This document shows, one piece after another, positions 37,195 to 39,189 of a stretch of DNA of 39,189 nt. The notes beneath the pieces were generated by a model that was not told the DNA's origin, searched no databases, and saw only the letters and a program-made list of their open reading frames with translations. The position numbers were made by a program, and so were the translations under genes. Each line of letters starts with the position of its first letter. Within the stretch, counting starts at the first letter, position 1. The stretch lies in the NCBI GenBank assembly GCA_039208735.1, contig JBCCQY010000077.1, positions 1-39,189 of the forward strand, read 5' to 3'. This DNA comes from Myxococcota bacterium (GTDB lineage Bacteria > Myxococcota_A > UBA796 > GCA-2862545).

Positions 37195-37668
37195 TCAGCG
37201 CAAATCGTACTTGCTCTTCTTGTACCGGTCGGCAAAATCCACCACGATCGGAGGGACGTCTTTGGCGGCGGCGAGGCAGTTCCGGTCCTCGGTCGTGAAG
37301 CGCATGGAACCGTCGCGGATGTTGTCGAGGATGGTGTAGTGCGGCACATGACGCTGCGCCCAGCCTGCGATGAGGCGGCACCGATCGGTGTGAGGCACGC
37401 CTTCGGGCATGACCACTTCGGGCTTGCCACCACGCTTGACGGCTTCGTCGGTGCCTTGGGCACCCATGACCTCGAGGTCCCTCACGTTCGACCCTTCCCC
37501 CTTGGCCACCTCAACGGCAGGAGAATTTGAAGGACTATTCGTGTTTTGTGGAGTTGCTACCTGCGCCACGACGGGTCGATCGGTCCGCAGGAAAAACCAA
37601 GCTGCCGCGACGGCAACGATCGCGACAAACACCATGCCAGCGAGGGCTCTCGGATCCAAGGTCTTCAT
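37195..37668 (-). CDS. hypothetical single-pass membrane protein
   Basis: MKTLDPRALAGMVFVAIVAVAAAWFF TM helix, linker, small two-Cys domain. Confidence 0.65.
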   Translation of the reverse strand: MKTLDPRALAGMVFVAIVAVAAAWFFLRTDRPVVAQVATPQNTNSPSNSPAVEVAKGEGSNVRDLEVMGAQGTDEAVKRGGKPEVVMPEGVPHTDRCRLIAGWAQRHVPHYTILDNIRDGSMRFTTEDRNCLAAAKDVPPIVVDFADRYKKSKYDLR

Positions 37669-37737
37669 GCGCGGAGCATATCGCCGATACGATGCAGTGG
37701 ACAGGACTCGCATTCGAGATCCCCGACGTCAGCTGGA

Positions 37738-39003
37738 GTGGTCATTCCTGACAACGACCCGTCGGACCCGAACCTGCGCCGCTGGTTGGCCTCCCGCATC
37801 GAAAAGTCGATGGATGGGGCCGATACCACAAGCGCGCCTGCGGATTCGTCCGATCCGAACGCTCCCTCGGAAGTGCCGTCCCCGTTGCCGGACGTCGATG
37901 CGATCGACGACGGAGACGAGGTAGACCAGACCGAGATGAGCCAATCTACCGACGCCGTCGATGCGCCGGGCCATCGTTTCGAACAGACGACGCAAACGCA
38001 ATCTCCAGCGGGCATGGCGCGACTGCGTCATCGGCTAGGGTTGCCCCCGATTCCGGGCCGACCTGAGGCGGACGAAGTGCTGGCCAAGGCGCCCGCGCCA
38101 ACGCCGCGACCCGAGCGGCCCTCCCCCCCGCCGATCCCACAGCAACGGGTTGTTGATGCATCGGGGCCGTTGCCCAAGCGGAGTCCAGGTCCGAGTTCGG
38201 GCGCGCTCCCCCTGTCCACAGGACCGGGAACCGGAGCATCCGTCCCTCGGCTGTCCGCGGCCCTTGGGCGTCGCAATCGAGTGGATCCTTGGGCGGACGA
38301 GGATGATGAAGACGAGGCACAGACGGTCCTGGCGTCGCCGTGGACCCAGCAAGAGGTCGACTGGCCCCAAGAGCCCGAGACCATTCGGAGCTGGGGCGCG
38401 ATGATGCGGCGGGAGTCCGTGGACGACCCCGATACGGTCCGGCACAACAAGATGCCGGTTTCCTTCATCGGAGAGGCGGTCATCGACGATGAGACGGTTC
38501 TCGACCCGGCGTCGCGGTCCCAGCGGTGGCGAGACGACCACATCTACCAGCCGCCTCCCCCCGACATTGAACCGTCCTCCTCCCCACTGCCGCAGTCACG
38601 TCCCGAGCCGCCCGGAGGAGCGCTGGCGGGTCGGCCAACCCAGCGCCTGGCCGACATCGATGATGACTGGGTCCCTATGTTCTCGGAAGAATCCGAGCCG
38701 GGTCCGTCGGGATCGCTGTCGGCGGGTCCTCCTCCCCTGCCCCAAGGGGTGCGGACGATCCAGCTGCCGGAGCCGCCGCCTTCGGTTCCCCCGCAAGCCG
38801 CACCACGGCTTCCGTCTAGCCTTCCGCCGTCCCCCCCATCCCCGCGGCCCGTGGTGGATTTGGCTTCCCAAACCACCGTCGCGAAGCCTCCGCCGGACCC
38901 GGTCGACGAAGCGCAACGCCGTCAGACCATCGTGATCGTGCTGATGCTTGCCCTGGCGGCCGGAATGGGCTTTGTCGTGCTCGGCCTTGGCATGCTCCTC
39001 TGA
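37738..39003 (+). CDS. Pro/acidic-rich disordered protein with C-terminal TM anchor
   Basis: Low-complexity P/D/E/S sequence ending TIVIVLMLALAAGMGFVVLGLGMLL. Start uncertain (GTG 37738 or ATG 37810). Confidence 0.65.
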   Translation: MVIPDNDPSDPNLRRWLASRIEKSMDGADTTSAPADSSDPNAPSEVPSPLPDVDAIDDGDEVDQTEMSQSTDAVDAPGHRFEQTTQTQSPAGMARLRHRLGLPPIPGRPEADEVLAKAPAPTPRPERPSPPPIPQQRVVDASGPLPKRSPGPSSGALPLSTGPGTGASVPRLSAALGRRNRVDPWADEDDEDEAQTVLASPWTQQEVDWPQEPETIRSWGAMMRRESVDDPDTVRHNKMPVSFIGEAVIDDETVLDPASRSQRWRDDHIYQPPPPDIEPSSSPLPQSRPEPPGGALAGRPTQRLADIDDDWVPMFSEESEPGPSGSLSAGPPPLPQGVRTIQLPEPPPSVPPQAAPRLPSSLPPSPPSPRPVVDLASQTTVAKPPPDPVDEAQRRQTIVIVLMLALAAGMGFVVLGLGMLL

Positions 39004-39050
39004 CCTCTGCGCACCCCGGTCGATTACGGGATGGGCTCGATGGAGGTTGC

Positions 39051-39189
39051 ATGTCGTTCGATCCCGCCGTGGCGGTCTCTTCCCACCACGGGCCGGAACT
39101 CGTTGCGGCACTCGAGCGTCGACCCAGCAACGAGCCTGTGTTGAACGGCCTCACACACCCGAGCAGCCTTTTTGACCGCGTCGAGTGCC
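39051..39189 (+). CDS. 5' fragment of a HAL2/SAL1/Met22-like 3'(2'),5'-bisphosphate nucleotidase with an internally inverted segment; runs off the window edge
   Basis: GGAGG RBS and ATG 39051 give MSFDPAVAVSSHHGPELVAAL. Inverting 39116-39180 continues in frame as DAVKKAARVCEAVQHRLVAGSTLE, resembling the N-terminal helix of SAL1/Met22. Confidence 0.6.
   Translation, partial: MSFDPAVAVSSHHGPELVAALERRPSNEPVLNGLTHPSSLFDRVEC
39107..39189. repeat. 9-bp inverted repeats flanking a 65-bp inverted segment
   Basis: GGCACTCGA at 39107-39115 and TCGAGTGCC at 39181-39189; the right copy ends exactly at the window edge. Confidence 0.85.

Noticed and set aside
39099..39134. 8-bp inverted repeat CTCGTTGC/GCAACGAG as a terminator or RNA stem
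   Set aside because: It results from two LVA codon runs placed in opposite orientation by the inversion; no adjacent U-tract
1..39189. Mobile elements, prophage, tRNA/rRNA or a compositional island
   Set aside because: No transposase, integrase or phage proteins and no RNA-gene signatures recognised; composition looks uniform by eye (not computed)

Overview
GC-rich, gene-dense bacterial DNA. AgmX/PglI-type TonB-C, MopE-like repeats and an ECF/caspase cassette point to a Myxococcota-like organism (inference). About 34 CDS; no rRNA, tRNA, CRISPR array or mobile element recognised. Housekeeping genes: zwf-pgl-gnd operon, a stand-alone long-form rpsN cut by the left edge, pirin-hmgA, bfd with a Fur-like box, a CbpA-like DnaJ protein and gltA. 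Poorly characterised modules: (1) ECF sigma, anti-sigma and an exported caspase-fold protease with beta-helix repeats and a probable outer-membrane barrel; (2) a pentapeptide-repeat/channel-like protein translationally coupled to a coiled-coil PD-(D/E)XK nuclease-like protein; (3) an ion-homeostasis operon with two CPA antiporters, TrkA and MscS but no TrkH, where one CPA is fused to a degenerate STAND-like NTPase; (4) an SdpA-like plus HTTM/SdpB-like pair; (5) an AMMECR1-like/alpha-alpha toroid membrane protein. At the right edge a HAL2/SAL1-like nucleotidase gene start contains a 65-bp segment inverted between 9-bp inverted repeats, either an intragenic inversion or, more parsimoniously, a fold-back chimera. 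All family calls come from motif recognition by eye, not database searches.
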